Part shown: piece after piece, positions 52,146 through 64,000 of the stretch
Position numbering within the stretch: position 1 is the stretch's first letter
How the letters are laid out: each line of letters begins with the position of its first letter
Assembly (NCBI RefSeq): GCF_016432865.1
Contig: NC_067399.1
Location: 151,590,001-151,654,000, forward strand
Reading direction: 5' to 3'
Source: Antechinus flavipes
Taxonomy: Eukaryota
Length of the DNA: 64,000 bases
Position numbers and translations under genes: made by a program
The notes under the pieces: model-generated
What the model saw: the letters and a program-made list of their open reading frames with translations, nothing else
What the model was told of the DNA's origin: nothing
The model's database searches: none

Positions 52146-52690
52146 TGTAATCCTGGAGAAACTGAGGCAAGATAGAGATTAGAGAGTTTTAAATATTTTA
52201 TTTGAGAGAGAGACATTGTGCTGGGGGCAAAACAGGATCCATGTTGTCCCCAGGGCTGAATTGGACTCCTGTCTCAAAGCATGCAACAATGAATGAAAAA
52301 TTCCAGGGATCCTTATAGAGCTTCAGCAATCAGGGGAAGAAAGCAGGGTAGGGTTAAAGCTCTGGTGAGCAGGAACTTCCAGGAATGGACCATAATTTGG
52401 TTCTGACAGATTGGTGGTAAGGATCATAAATCTTGATAACTTGGAAGGCTAGGAGTCAGGATGCCTGGTTCAGAGGTTCCTACCATCTGCATTTTATGGT
52501 TCTATGGAATGCTAGTAGTCAGGGCTAGTTATTGTTGTCCTAATTTATATCAGTTTAAATGGTCAGGAAGGAGGATTGCCACTGAGGCAGAACAATCCAG
52601 GGAAGCAGAAGTAAAACAATTTGGGGAAATTGAGGCAGAACAATTCAGGGAAACTGAGGCAGAACAATTAAAGGAAACTGTGGCATAACA
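52146..52690 (-). mobile_element. Solo ERV LTR (545 bp), related to the LTR at 1084
   Basis: The reverse strand begins TGTTATGCCACAGTT and ends TAATCTCTATCTTGCCTCAGTTTCTCCAGGATTACA, matching the termini of the 1084 LTR. TSD GGTT (52142-52145, 52691-52694); ~22-25-bp tandem units at 52583-52690. Confidence 0.87.
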
Positions 52691-52778
52691 GGTTCTATGG
52701 TGTAAACCTTATTTACTTTATTCTCCCCCCCCCCCCAAGCAAGCTACAGTTAAGAAAACATGTATTTATGTATATATG

Positions 52779-54076
52779 TAGAAACACTGCTGGATCAAAG
52801 GGTATGCACAATTTGATAATTTTTTGGGCATAATTCCAGATTGCTCTCCAGAATGGTTGGATTCGTTCACAACTCCACCAACAATGCATTAGTGTCCCTG
52901 TTTTCCCACATCCCCTCCAACATTCCCCATTATCTTTCCCTGTCATTCTAGCCAATCTGACAAGTGTGTAGTGGTATCTCAGAGTTGTCTTAATTTGCAT
53001 TTCTCTGATTAATAATGATTTGGAGTATATTTTCATATGTCTATAAATAGTTTCAATTTCTTCGTCTGAGAATTGTCTGTTCATATCCTTTGACCATTTA
53101 TCAATTGGAGAATGGTTTGATTTCTTATAGATTAGAGTCAATTCTCTCTATATTTTGGAAATGAGGCCTTTATCAGAACCTTTGATTGTAAAAACGTTTT
53201 CCCAGTTTATTGTTTCCTTTCTAATCTTGTTTGCATTTGTTTTGTTTGTACAAAAACTTTTCAATTTGATATAATCAAAATTTTCTATGTTGTAGTCAAT
53301 AGTGATCTCTAGTTCTTCTTTGGTCATAAATTCCTCCCTCTTCCACAGGTCTGAGAGGTAAACTATCCTATGCTCTTCCAATTTATTTATCATCTCATTC
53401 TTTATGCCTAGGTCATGAACCCATTTTGACCTTATCTTGGTGTACGGTGTTAAGTGTGGGTCAATGCCTAGTTTCTGCCATCCTGATTTCCAATTTCCCC
53501 AGCAATTTTTGTCAAATAATGCATTCTTATCCCAGAAACTGGTGTCTTTGGGTTTGTCAAACACTATATTATTAAAGTTATTGGCTGTTTTGTCCTTTGA
53601 ACCTAACCTATTCCATTGATCAACTAGTCTATTTCTTAGCCAATACCAGATGGTTTTAGTAACTGCTGCTTTATAATATAATTTTAGATCTGGTACAGCT
53701 AGGCCACCTTCATTTGATTTTTTTTTTTCATTAATTACCTTGAAATTCTTGACCTTTTGTTTTTCCATATGAACTTTGTTGTTATTTTTTCTAATTCATC
53801 AAAGTAGTTTTTTGGGAGTCTGATTGGTATAGCACTAAATAAGTAGATTAATTTAGGTAGTATTGTCATCTTTATTATATTTGCTCGCCCAATCCAAGAA
53901 CATTTAATATTTTTCCAGTTGGTTAGATCAGACTTAATTTGTGTGGAAAGTGTTTTGTAGTTTTGCTCATAAAGTTTCTGATTTTCCCTTGGCAGATAGA
54001 TTCCTAAATATTTTATACAATCAGTAGTTACTTTAAATGGAATTTCTTTTTGTAACTCTAACTGTTGGGTTTTGTT
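52779..54076 (-). mobile_element. Well-preserved internal L1 ORF2 fragment (post-RT region and CCHC knuckle)
   Basis: ORFs 53148-53768 (GGLAVPDLKLYYKA...) and 52713-53141 (CWRGCGKTGTLMHCWWSC); lacks its own 3' end and poly-A. Confidence 0.92.
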
Positions 54077-55599
54077 TCCTGTAAGTTTTCTACAAAGGAT
54101 CTCTTTGAGGTGATCAATGGATTTTTTCCTATTTCTACTTTCCTCTCATGTTCTATCACTCCAGAATACTTTTCTTGGATTATTTCCTGCATTATTGTGT
54201 TAAGGTTCTCTTTGGTCACAACATTATGGCAGTCAATTACTCTTACATTTTCTCTTCCAAATTTGTCATTTTCCTTATGTTTCACATTCTGTTTTATTTT
54301 GTCATTCTTTATAATCTGTTTTGCTATTTATTGGTCTCTCATAGCTTCACTGGCTTCTCTTTGCCCAATTCTAATTTTCAAAGAATTATTTTCATTTTTG
54401 AAACTCTGTACCTCCTTTTCTAGTTGGTTAACTCTTTTTCATAATCTTCTTGTTTTTCTTGGATAATATTTATTTTTTAATTTTTCCTCAGTGTCTCTCA
54501 TTTGATTTTTAAATTTGTTTTTGAATGTCTTTTAATAAATTCTCTCTGGGCAGGGAGTCATTTTACATTACTCTTTGGGAGAGAAGCTTTTTTTTTTTTT
54601 TTTTAAATTAAAGTATTCTTTTCTGAAGATGAATCCTGGTCTTCTCTGTTCCCATAATATGTTTCAATGGTGGGGCTCTTTCTTCTTTGCCAGTTCATTT
54701 TTAAAATGAAAGGCATTAGTGTAAGCACCTCGAATTGTGTGGTGGGGAATGGTGCCTCAAGCTGCCCTTTAATTTTTCACTCCAGGAACCCCAAACTAAG
54801 AGCTCCACTCTCCTGCAAGTGCCCACAGACAGCAGCATCCCTGCCCCACTGCTTCTGTACTCACTAAGTGCTGGTTCCTTCTGACCCAGGGCCACTGTTG
54901 CTGGGTCGAGTGCTCCCAATCAGTCGAGTTTCATCTTCTTGGATTCAAACCCTGACTAGATACATAGTCAGGGAGGTGAAAATCTCTGTGGTTCCTGTGG
55001 AAGCTCCAGCCACACACTGATAGCCCTAGGTATCCCGAATTGATGTTTCTACAGAGCTAGCCCAAAGATGTCTGCACTTCAGATGAGTTATTCCCCAGCT
55101 TGGGGTCTTTCTTCAAATCTTCTCAGGTTGTACCTAGAGGATCTGTGTTCTGCCCCAACTCTTCTTGATTTTTCACCAGTCTATGTTCACCCTGAGGTGG
55201 AAATTTGTTCTATTTGTAAGAGAAATCGAGAGAGCTTGAAATTTACCAACCTACTCTGCCATCTTCCCAGAATCCTCTCATTTTCTGCAGTATAAAGGAA
55301 GAAAGCTTTTTCTCTTTGAAATTCTCATGCCAACTCCATTTATCAGGAAGGTATGCAGTAGTGAATTATCATTCTCTCAGAGAATAGGGAAAGTCTTTTG
55401 CAAATGCACTAGTTTTGAACCCCAGGTTATATTTATTATCTTGCAAGCTAGCTTTGACTGGAAGCTCAAGTAATTATATATCAACCATCTGAAGATGAGC
55501 CTACCTAAGCTTGGAGAGGCTTATGCAGATGGCCACAGGGTAATGAAAATTTTCATTGGCAGAAATTTACAAAAACTGTTAAGATCTTAAAGAAATGGG

Positions 55600-56700
55600 A
55601 TCTCAGCCAGTGGACAATAGGCCCCATGAAATCACAAAATTTCATTTTCAGTCTCCATCATCCATCTCTTGTCCTCTAATGATAGGAATTCCTTAAGTTC
55701 TATATGGGGCTCTTTTCTTTCTGTATCTCTGATTTCATCTCCCATGGGTTCATAGAAGACTCTCCAGATTGATCAAAGTAGGTGGCCCTAATCTTTCTTG
55801 AGCTCTAGACCTTCCCTGATTGCTGTCTACATTTTTACCTATATATTTCTTAAGCATCTTAAATACAATATGTCTAAAACATAATTCATTATTTTCCTTC
55901 CCCCTCTTCCCCCCGCTCCAAACTCATCGATCCCCCTTTCTAATTTCAATTGAAGAGACAACTATCCTCATAATCTCCCAGAATCAAACCTTCAGGACCA
56001 TTCATTGACTCTTCCTTCCCTGCTTCAACCACCTATATCCAGCCAGTTGCCAACTTTTGTACTTTCTATATCCTCAAAATTTCTTATATTTATTTTTTTT
56101 CTCAATGCCCATTTGGCTAATACCCTAGTTTGACCTCTTGCCAAGACCAGAGTTTTTTAAACTTTTTCCACTCTCGACTCCTTTTGGCCTGAGAAATTAT
56201 GTGCTTCTAGGTATATAGGTATAAAAACCAAACATTTACTGATTGTGAACCATAATTTTTTGACTCCTGTATTCAGTTATGAGACATGATGCAGAGTGGT
56301 AAACTACAGTTTAAGAAGCTAGGGTTTAGACTACTATAATGGTCTCATTGGTCTCCCTGTGTTCAATATTTCTCTTCTAACCTATCAGCCACATAGTTGC
56401 CAAAATTATATTTCTAAAGCATTAGTTTGACCACATAACTCTTTTGCTTAAAATCTTCATTGTTTCTCTATTGCAGATAGCATAACAAATAAATACCTCA
56501 GATGAGTCACAATCTGGTTCTTTTCTGATGCTCTATATTTTTCATATTGTTCTCCCTTATTTTCCTGTCAAAATAGCCACATAGCACTTTCCAAAACTTG
56601 AAAAACTATTCCCCATCTCCAGGCCTTTGTAAAGATGTTTTCTTTACACTTTGCTTGCCTTTTATTCTTAAGAGTCCTTGATATCCTTCAAGGATCAGCT
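55600..56700 (+). mobile_element. L2 fragment with nested hAT MITE
   Basis: L2 text (CATCTCCCATGGGTTC...TCCCCAGAATCAAACCTT...GCCAGTTGCCAAC). Confidence 0.7.
56148..56323 (+). mobile_element. hAT/Charlie-type MITE, family B copy 4, nested in L2
   Basis: Ends CAGAGTTTTTTAAAC and GTTTAAGAAGCTAGG; TSD GCCAAGAC/GTTTAGAC (5/8). Confidence 0.75.
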
Positions 56701-57449
56701 CAGATGATATTTCTTAAAGATAAGTCTTTTTGTGATCTCCCCCAGTTGTTTTTTAAAATATATTTTATTGATATATTTTTAAAAGATTATTTTTATTTTC
56801 CCATGATTTTTGCCCCTTTCTAGAGAATTATCCCTTATGATCAACATTGAAGAAGGGAAGAAAAAATATTCTGGAAAATGAAACAATATATCAAGAAAAT
56901 CTGATATTACATGCATACTTCTCCACTTATGGAAAAGAACAGGGAGAAGTGGCTCTTCTTTAGAGACAAATTTGATTAATATAACACTGAATCATTCAAC
57001 TTTGATTGCACTGGTCTTTCCTTTTGAATTTTTATTAATAATTATGTGAATTATGTTCTTGTCTTTCCTTACTTTACTTTGCATCAGTTCATATAAGTCT
57101 TTCCATATTTCTCTATATTCATCATGTTTGTTGTTTGTAATATTTCATTATATTTTTGCACCATAGCTTGTTTAACTATTTCCCAATAAATGAACATCTA
57201 TTTTGTTCACAGTGGTTTGCCATAGCAGCTCTGCTGTTGACAATATTTTGTTTCATATGGGATTTTTTTTTTTTTTTTTGGTTTGGTCACTAGTCTCCTT
57301 AGAACATATGCCTGCACATTTGAATATCTAGATCAAATTTACAAAATTCCCAATTGCATTTCAAATAGATTATGTCAGATTCACAATTCTGCCAATAATA
57401 TGATATTATATCCTTCTTTCCACAACTTCTCCAACATTTACTGTTAAAT

Positions 57450-57455
<6 letters not shown>

Positions 57456-57521
<66 letters not shown>
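57456..57521. repeat. Interrupted (TA)n microsatellite
   Basis: Read directly. Confidence 0.97.
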
Positions 57522-57524
<3 letters not shown>

Positions 57525-60500
57525 AATTTGCTCGACTTAAGGAGAATCCTAAAAGTTGTGTGGTTTTTTTTTTTTTAAATCACTTGAGACTGGGAGCATA
57601 TATTTATTTCACAAAAGGAATTTGGGAAGATGCTTCAACTTTTGAGAATAATTTGTCTAGTATAGACACTAGTTATTTAAAAAAAAATTGCTGTCATTCT
57701 TTTGCAAATTCATCTGGGCCAGGAATTTTTTCTTTGATAGTTCCTTTATTGATAATTCAAATCCCTTTTCTCAGATTGGCTTATTTATAATGTCTATTTG
57801 GTGTTCTGTTGTTTTTTCCCCTGCTCTTTGTTATATCTATTTATCTGTGTGTATATTGTATCTCATGGTAGAATACAAATCCCTTGAGGGATTTTTTCCT
57901 TTTAACCTAGCAGCTAACATAGTGGCTTGCTTATACTCAAAAACAATATTCTAATTGGAATAAGCTCCATGGAGTAATGGGGAGAGAGAGAATCTTGTTT
58001 TTGGATCTATATCCCTAATATGTAGGTAGTGAACTGAATAGAGCACGTCTTGAGTCCAAAAAGACTTGAATTCAAATCCAGTTTCAGACACTTGCTAGCT
58101 GTGCGACCCTGAGCAAGTCACCTAACCCTGTTTGCCTTTGTTTCCTTATCTGTAAAAATGAGCTGGAATGTCAAATCATTTAAGCATCTTTGCCAAGAAA
58201 ATCCCAGATGGGGTCACAAAAAGTCAGATATGACTGAAGGTACTGAACAACACCACCTAACTTAGTACTTATATACATATGTAATAGAAATTTTATTATT
58301 AATATTGATTAATTGATACTTAAGTGAATCTATGTTTGGATTAATATATGTGTTCCTTCCAAGGAATCAAATCTCAGCTCATCCATGCCTGCCATTCTCC
58401 TTTTATCCATGCTTTGTCCTGGAGTGGGATTGTAGGCTTGTTCCTGTCTGTGGGATCAGGGGATGTGTTGATCTTTTGTTTTTTCTTTCCATCACAGGGG
58501 GACATCCATGAAGCTGACACTCATACTTAGTAGGCATTTTGTTCAATTCAATTGCATTGGATTCTTGAAGGAATGAATAAATAAAACTTGTAATATTTCA
58601 CAGAGTTGTTGCAAGGAAATTCTTTCTAAATCTTAAAATGTCATATTGTATGAATGAGAATTCTGATTATTATCATCCACATATAGTTTTTTTTAACTAT
58701 TAGGAGCCTGTCTCCCTGCCTCTAAGTAATACAAGTCAATGTTCCCAGCTAGGAGCATATTAGAATGTGACAAACATTCTAGAAATGTCAGGAAACACTT
58801 TTCAGAAACATTAGATTTACAGACATGAAGATCCAGATTCTTTTAAAATATCTTATATTATTGAAAAGTTGATGAAAACCTACAATATCAGTAGCTCTTC
58901 CTGCCCCCCTCCTTTTAGCTATCTCTGATGCTCAGCTTCTGAGCCACAGATAGCAAAATGGAGCCCATCAATGGAGCCATTTAGAAATGGCATTTTCCCC
59001 TAGATTATAGAACTGACTGAAAGATGGATAAATGAATTAAATGATAAAATTTTGATAAGGGTGCCCTCTAGTGACAAAGGCTTTATACTAAGCCTGATGG
59101 GCCATAGATGGGATAGTACAGCATTATCAAATTTAACCAAATATTTGTAGAGTGCTTTCCAGATCTAAAACACTAATTGATTTTTTTGGAAATTACATTT
59201 TTAATTAATAAGTATATTTTTTTCCCTCTCAAGATAACCAAAACCTTCCTTACAAATAAGAGTAATTAAGCAAAGACAAATTCCCACCTTGGCTGTGTAA
59301 AGTTTTTTTTTTTTTTAATTTTTGGTATCTCATTTTGCATATTGACTTTATCATCTCTGTTTTAGGTAGCGGGTAGCATATTTCATCATAGATCTTATGG
59401 AATTTTGGTGGTTACTGCATTGATTATAATTTTTATATTTTTCAAAGTTGTTTTTCTTTATAATATTCTTGTTACTGTATATATTATTCTGATCCTGCTT
59501 ACTTCATTCTGCATATAATTCTTTCCTAGTTTCTCTAAAATTGTGTCTTTCAGTATTTCGTATGGAACAAAAACATTCCATTACATCGCATAATTTTTCT
59601 GCTATTCTCTAATTTATGGGCACCCTTTTAGCACTGATTATTAGCATGAAACAAGGATGTAAAAACTCCACAATACTTTTTTTTCTATCATGAAATGTTT
59701 TCTGCATCATGCATTCCAAAGACATTTAAATTGGATTATTTAATACATTATACATTAATTTAATACTTCATATTTAATTTAATACTTAATACAGCTTAAT
59801 GGAATTGACTCATCCAATTTTTATTGGATTGGTGCTCACATAATGCTGTACTATATATAAACTTTTGCTTATAAAATTTAAAATGTTTCAGTAGTTCTTT
59901 GTCTAATTCTTCTCATGGTCTGTAGGAGAAGGAGCCACAATTAGGGGGTGTGACTGGGGCATAACTTTAGGGAGACACATTTAGAGGGCACTTATAATCT
60001 CTTATCAGTTATTAAAAAATCTCCAAATAAACAGTTAGTACCTAGTAGGAAATAGGAATTAGTTAAAATAAGAAACTATCAGGTGTTTCTCTCTTTGTGT
60101 ATATGTATGTGGGAAGCCCAGAAACAGCAATCTGATGGAATACTAGGTCCTCCTTTTAAAAGTGAATTTAGTATGATATTTATGGCTTTGTTAGGATGAC
60201 ACAGTAATGTGTTCCTCCAGATGTCTAGAAACCTTTACCCAAAATCTCAAACCCCCAATGTTTTTATTATAGATAGACTTTATATGGAGCAGCTAAGTGG
60301 CTCAGTAGTTAAAGCACCGGGCTTGGACTCAGAAATGTAGTTCATATCTTTAGACATTTATTAGTTGTGTAATCCCAGTCAAATCACTTAACTTTGTTTG
60401 CCTCAGTTTTCTCATCTGTAAAATGAGCTGGAGAAAGAAATGGCAAACCACTTTAGTATCTTTACCAAAAAAAAAAAAAATCCCGCCAAGAGTCATAAAG

Positions 60501-63500
60501 AGTAGGAAATGACTGTACAACAGTGATTAGGAACCACTGCCTGGCAAGTATTTTATTATAGCAATTAAAGAATTATTGTGAAAATGTGGTCATAATAGAA
60601 TTCAGGGTAATAAGATTCAAACTGTACATTTACAGAGCTATGTTCTTTCTACAATGCACCTTCCCTGGGATATCTAGGTGGTACAGTGGATATGGGGGGG
60701 GGCACCAGTCCAGGATTCAGGAGGAAAGGAGTTGAGATCTGATCTCAGATATTTACTAGCTGTATGACTCTGAGCAAATCATTTAAATCTGATTTCCTAT
60801 CAAAAAGAATGAACAAATAAAGTATACTTTCCTCAAATTTATTATCAAGGGAACTTAAAGAAGAGGATACTTGTCTTACTAGGATTAAGCATTAACATTT
60901 GTTCCTTCTAGGATACTTTCTCTATTCCTTTTTACATATTCAAATCCTACCTGTGCTTCAGAGTCCAGGCAAAAACCTCACATTTTCTATGAAGACTTCA
61001 TTGGCTACTCCGAGTCCGGTGACCATACTTTCCACTGACTTTTATACAGATTATTCAGTCCTTGTCATATACATTTTTGTACTGATTGTTATCTTTTAAG
61101 ATGTTTATATCATGTCTCTATCTGATGTTTATCTGAACTCTGTCTAAAATCAAGTGGCAGATTACTTGAGGACAAGCACAGTGTTTTTATATTCTTCATT
61201 TTACCCCACATCCTCAACACATATGTATTATTTAGTTCAAGAGACCAAGATGACTGCATGATGCCATAGTGAATATAGAGCGCTTTAAAGTTTACTTTAT
61301 CTTTATAACAACACTAGGAGATAGGTACAATGATTATCATCATTTTATAGATGAGAAAAATTGAGGTAAATAATTATTAATGGCTTATCCAGAGTCATGA
61401 AGTTATTAATTGTCAGGGGCTGGATTTGAAATCAGTTCTTCCTAGGTGCAGCACTCTAACTACCTAGAATTTTTGTTATTGAGTGTTCTTGGATGGTGGT
61501 GTTTTCAAAGGTGTCCATTGTGATTTCCATGGAAACCTGCTCTCAAATAAACTAGAAATTGCCTTTTATTTGAATTTCAATATTTCAACACAAGGTGTCA
61601 GTGTTTTTCAACCTTAAAAAAATTGTTAGCACAAAGGGAAAGATGATTGAAGAAATTTAATACTATTAAATTCTTTGAGATATTTTAGTGGATGTGGGAT
61701 TTTAATCAATGTGGGTACTTTTCCCTAATTTTTCTTCATTCATTCATTCACCAAACATTTAGGGTGTATTTATGTGCAAAGTTCTGTATTAGGTACTATG
61801 AGGGATATGACTTCTATAATTATGGAATCTATAGTTGGTGGCATTAATTATTTTATCTACCATTTATCTGAATTAATGAAAGATATTAGAATCTTATTCA
61901 AGGAATATTTATTGAAGTTCAATTCAGTTAGTATGATCTATTAGATGTTCTGTAAGAGTTTGTGAGCTATAAAGTTAACAAATGTTTGAAGGCAAATTTG
62001 GCTCGTCTTCCTGATGGACTGACACTCTATCCACTGAGCCACCTTGTTGTTCTTAGAATGTAAGACTTGAAAGTAGAAACTGTATAGCTGAGAAATATAA
62101 AGCAACTCTATTTTGTTTATAGTTTCTCTATCTTGCTTGTCTTTGTATCGCAGCCTCAACCCTGTGATTAACCTTCTTTACTGCTGAAACAGCAAGAATA
62201 GTTCTATTTCTTAGGGTAGGGTTATGAGAGAGAGTTAATTTGAAGAAGAGCTTTTCCTGTTACTAGCCATAGGAAAAGATTTGTTCAATCACAGGATACC
62301 CATCCCCTCTTCCTTTCCTTGTAGCCCTAGGAATAGTCTAAAAAGAAAAAAAAACCCATATCCAATTCACCTCTTGCCTAAATTGAAACCCAACATAAAG
62401 CTTTGTCTTTTTGTTCCTTTGGAGCATCTAAGCCCCTGAGAATTAAACTGCCTTGTTGGTGAACCCTCTAAACTCTTGGATGATTCCTAAATTTAGGGTA
62501 CTAGGCTTGCATTATAGTTTTGATTTTGGGATACTGGTTCTGGTTTATTGTGGTACTGACAATTTTACCCACAAAATACTTAAACAGGGGTATGATGAGA
62601 AATTCCCTGTGGGAAAAATTTACATAGACACATTTTAAAGTTTAATCTACATTATTAACACTTTTTAAACTTTTAACTTTTTAAAAGTTTAGACAATTAA
62701 AACAAATCAAATTCTGATTTTGTAGTGATTGTGGATTTCTAAGGTATAAATCCTCTCACTGAAAACAATCTGAAAAGCCATTAGAATTAATTCCACCATT
62801 CTCTTCCCAAAAGACAACTTATATATCACATCACTGTCATTTCCCAATAATTTTTTCCGCACCCACCCTAACTCCAATGCACTTGGATGCTTATAACTCT
62901 CCTTTGTAACAACAAATTAAGGTAGAGGATTCAGTAATCAATCTCATCCAACCAACTAAACAATCAACAGGATTTGATAAATAACATATGAATGGTATTG
63001 TCTTTACCCAGTGATCCCTTTATCAGAGTGTACTCATTTTAATTGGAATCAAGAGGACCCTTTGACTGGCTAAGCAAACAAGTCATCTATGCCTATGAGC
63101 AAGTTCAATAATTATTTGATTCAGAGGTAGGCTAGTTGAGTGGTCTGTTTTCAGATTTAGGAGATAGGTTTGCATCTATATCTGAAGGCAGCAGAAGGTG
63201 AGGGTGGGAAAGTGAGTCTGAAGGCAATTCTGCAATCCCTCTTTGATAGAAAAAAATATCAATAATAGGAATCAAACATTCAGCTAGAGGCAGAGATTTT
63301 TAAAAATGAGGATAAAAATAGACATTCTCAGATATAGAAAATAGCCTTCTGGGAAAAGTAGATTCAGAGAGTACTGTTCCTGGCAAAGAGAGGTACCAGG
63401 GACTTTAGACTCTGAAAAAGTAATGACCCTTGGAACTCAGAATCTAAGTGGAACTGCATGAAGATTCTACAAAGAGATAAAGAGTTCCAGTAACCCAAAG

Positions 63501-63599
63501 TTGAGAGTAATCCCTTTGAAGTAGAAGAGTGAGAAGTATAAATCCTCTCACTGAAAACAAAAAAATATATGGTTCTTTGGAAAACCAGTATTTCCAAAG

Positions 63600-64000
63600 A
63601 ATCAAAATTGTCAGTAACTCTGTAAAGACAATGAAGACTGTGGTTGGGGTAAGCATCTATGAATAATAATAACTTATTGAAAGAAGTGCCATAAAGATAC
63701 CATCAGGAACATCTCCACCTATTCTAAATCCCTTATTCAGCAGACAGACCTATATACAATTAGAAAAGAAGGCAGGTCAACCACATCTCAAATGAGAAAA
63801 ATAAGAAACAGATCAACTAAGTGCTTCCCTGGCATCCACAAAATTTTAAAAGATCTATAGGAAAAACTCCATCAATTCCTAAATGAAGAATGTTTGGAAG
63901 GCCATTGATAAGATTCATACACAATTAGAAAGTATGAAGTGGGTTGTGATTTGTATCAGCAGAAGGAATATATACCTTGAAATGTTGTAACATAATAATC
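63600..64000 (+). mobile_element. Degenerate RTE-clade LINE 3' end
   Basis: Resembles the RTE C-terminal motif region (...AAGTGCTTCCCTGGCATCCACAAAAT...) and 3' end (GTGGGTTGTGATTTGTATCAG). Confidence 0.6.

Larger units (their letters stand above)
51880..55270 (-). mobile_element. Older L1/HAL1-like host element (5'UTR ~55270-54600, ORF1 5' part ~54600-54077, 3'UTR-like ~52778-51880)
   Basis: ORF1-like remnant 54058-54285 (GRENVRVIDCH...TIMQEIIQE), a GC-richer 5'UTR and A-rich 3'UTR-like sequence; interrupted by the LTR and the ORF2 fragment. Confidence 0.6.

Noticed and set aside
52583-52690. Short tandem repeats resembling a CRISPR-like array (ORF EAEQSREAEVKQF...)
   Set aside because: These are contiguous LTR U3 tandem units without unique spacers, in a mammalian genome.

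Overview
This is AT-rich, repeat-dense mammalian genomic DNA. The repeat content (WSINE1- and MAR1-type SINEs, marsupial L1, RTE, OC1-type hAT MITE) indicates a marsupial, probably a dasyuromorph; that species call is inference. The only supported protein-coding gene is VSX1 (paired-like Q50 homeodomain plus CVC domain), on the + strand in five coding exons: 39076-39520, 42380-42458, 42972-43095, 43869-44049 and 45682-45893. The CDS is 1041 nt (346 aa) with consistent phases and GT-AG introns. A CpG-rich promoter and several repeat-poor, homeodomain-site-rich blocks lie upstream. The rest is L1, L2, L3, RTE, SINEs, two solo ERV LTRs with 4-bp TSDs, DNA-transposon MITEs, microsatellites and one 149-N gap. 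I found no convincing wholly new biological system. The best leads are candidate OTX2/CRX-type VSX1 enhancers, a CtBP-like AIDLS motif and short C-terminus in VSX1, a possible intron-3 read-through isoform, an OC1 MITE beside a candidate enhancer, a chimeric L1/HAL1-like element and a candidate CTCF anchor. Repeat family names and human VSX1 comparisons are from recall and need RepeatMasker/BLAST confirmation.
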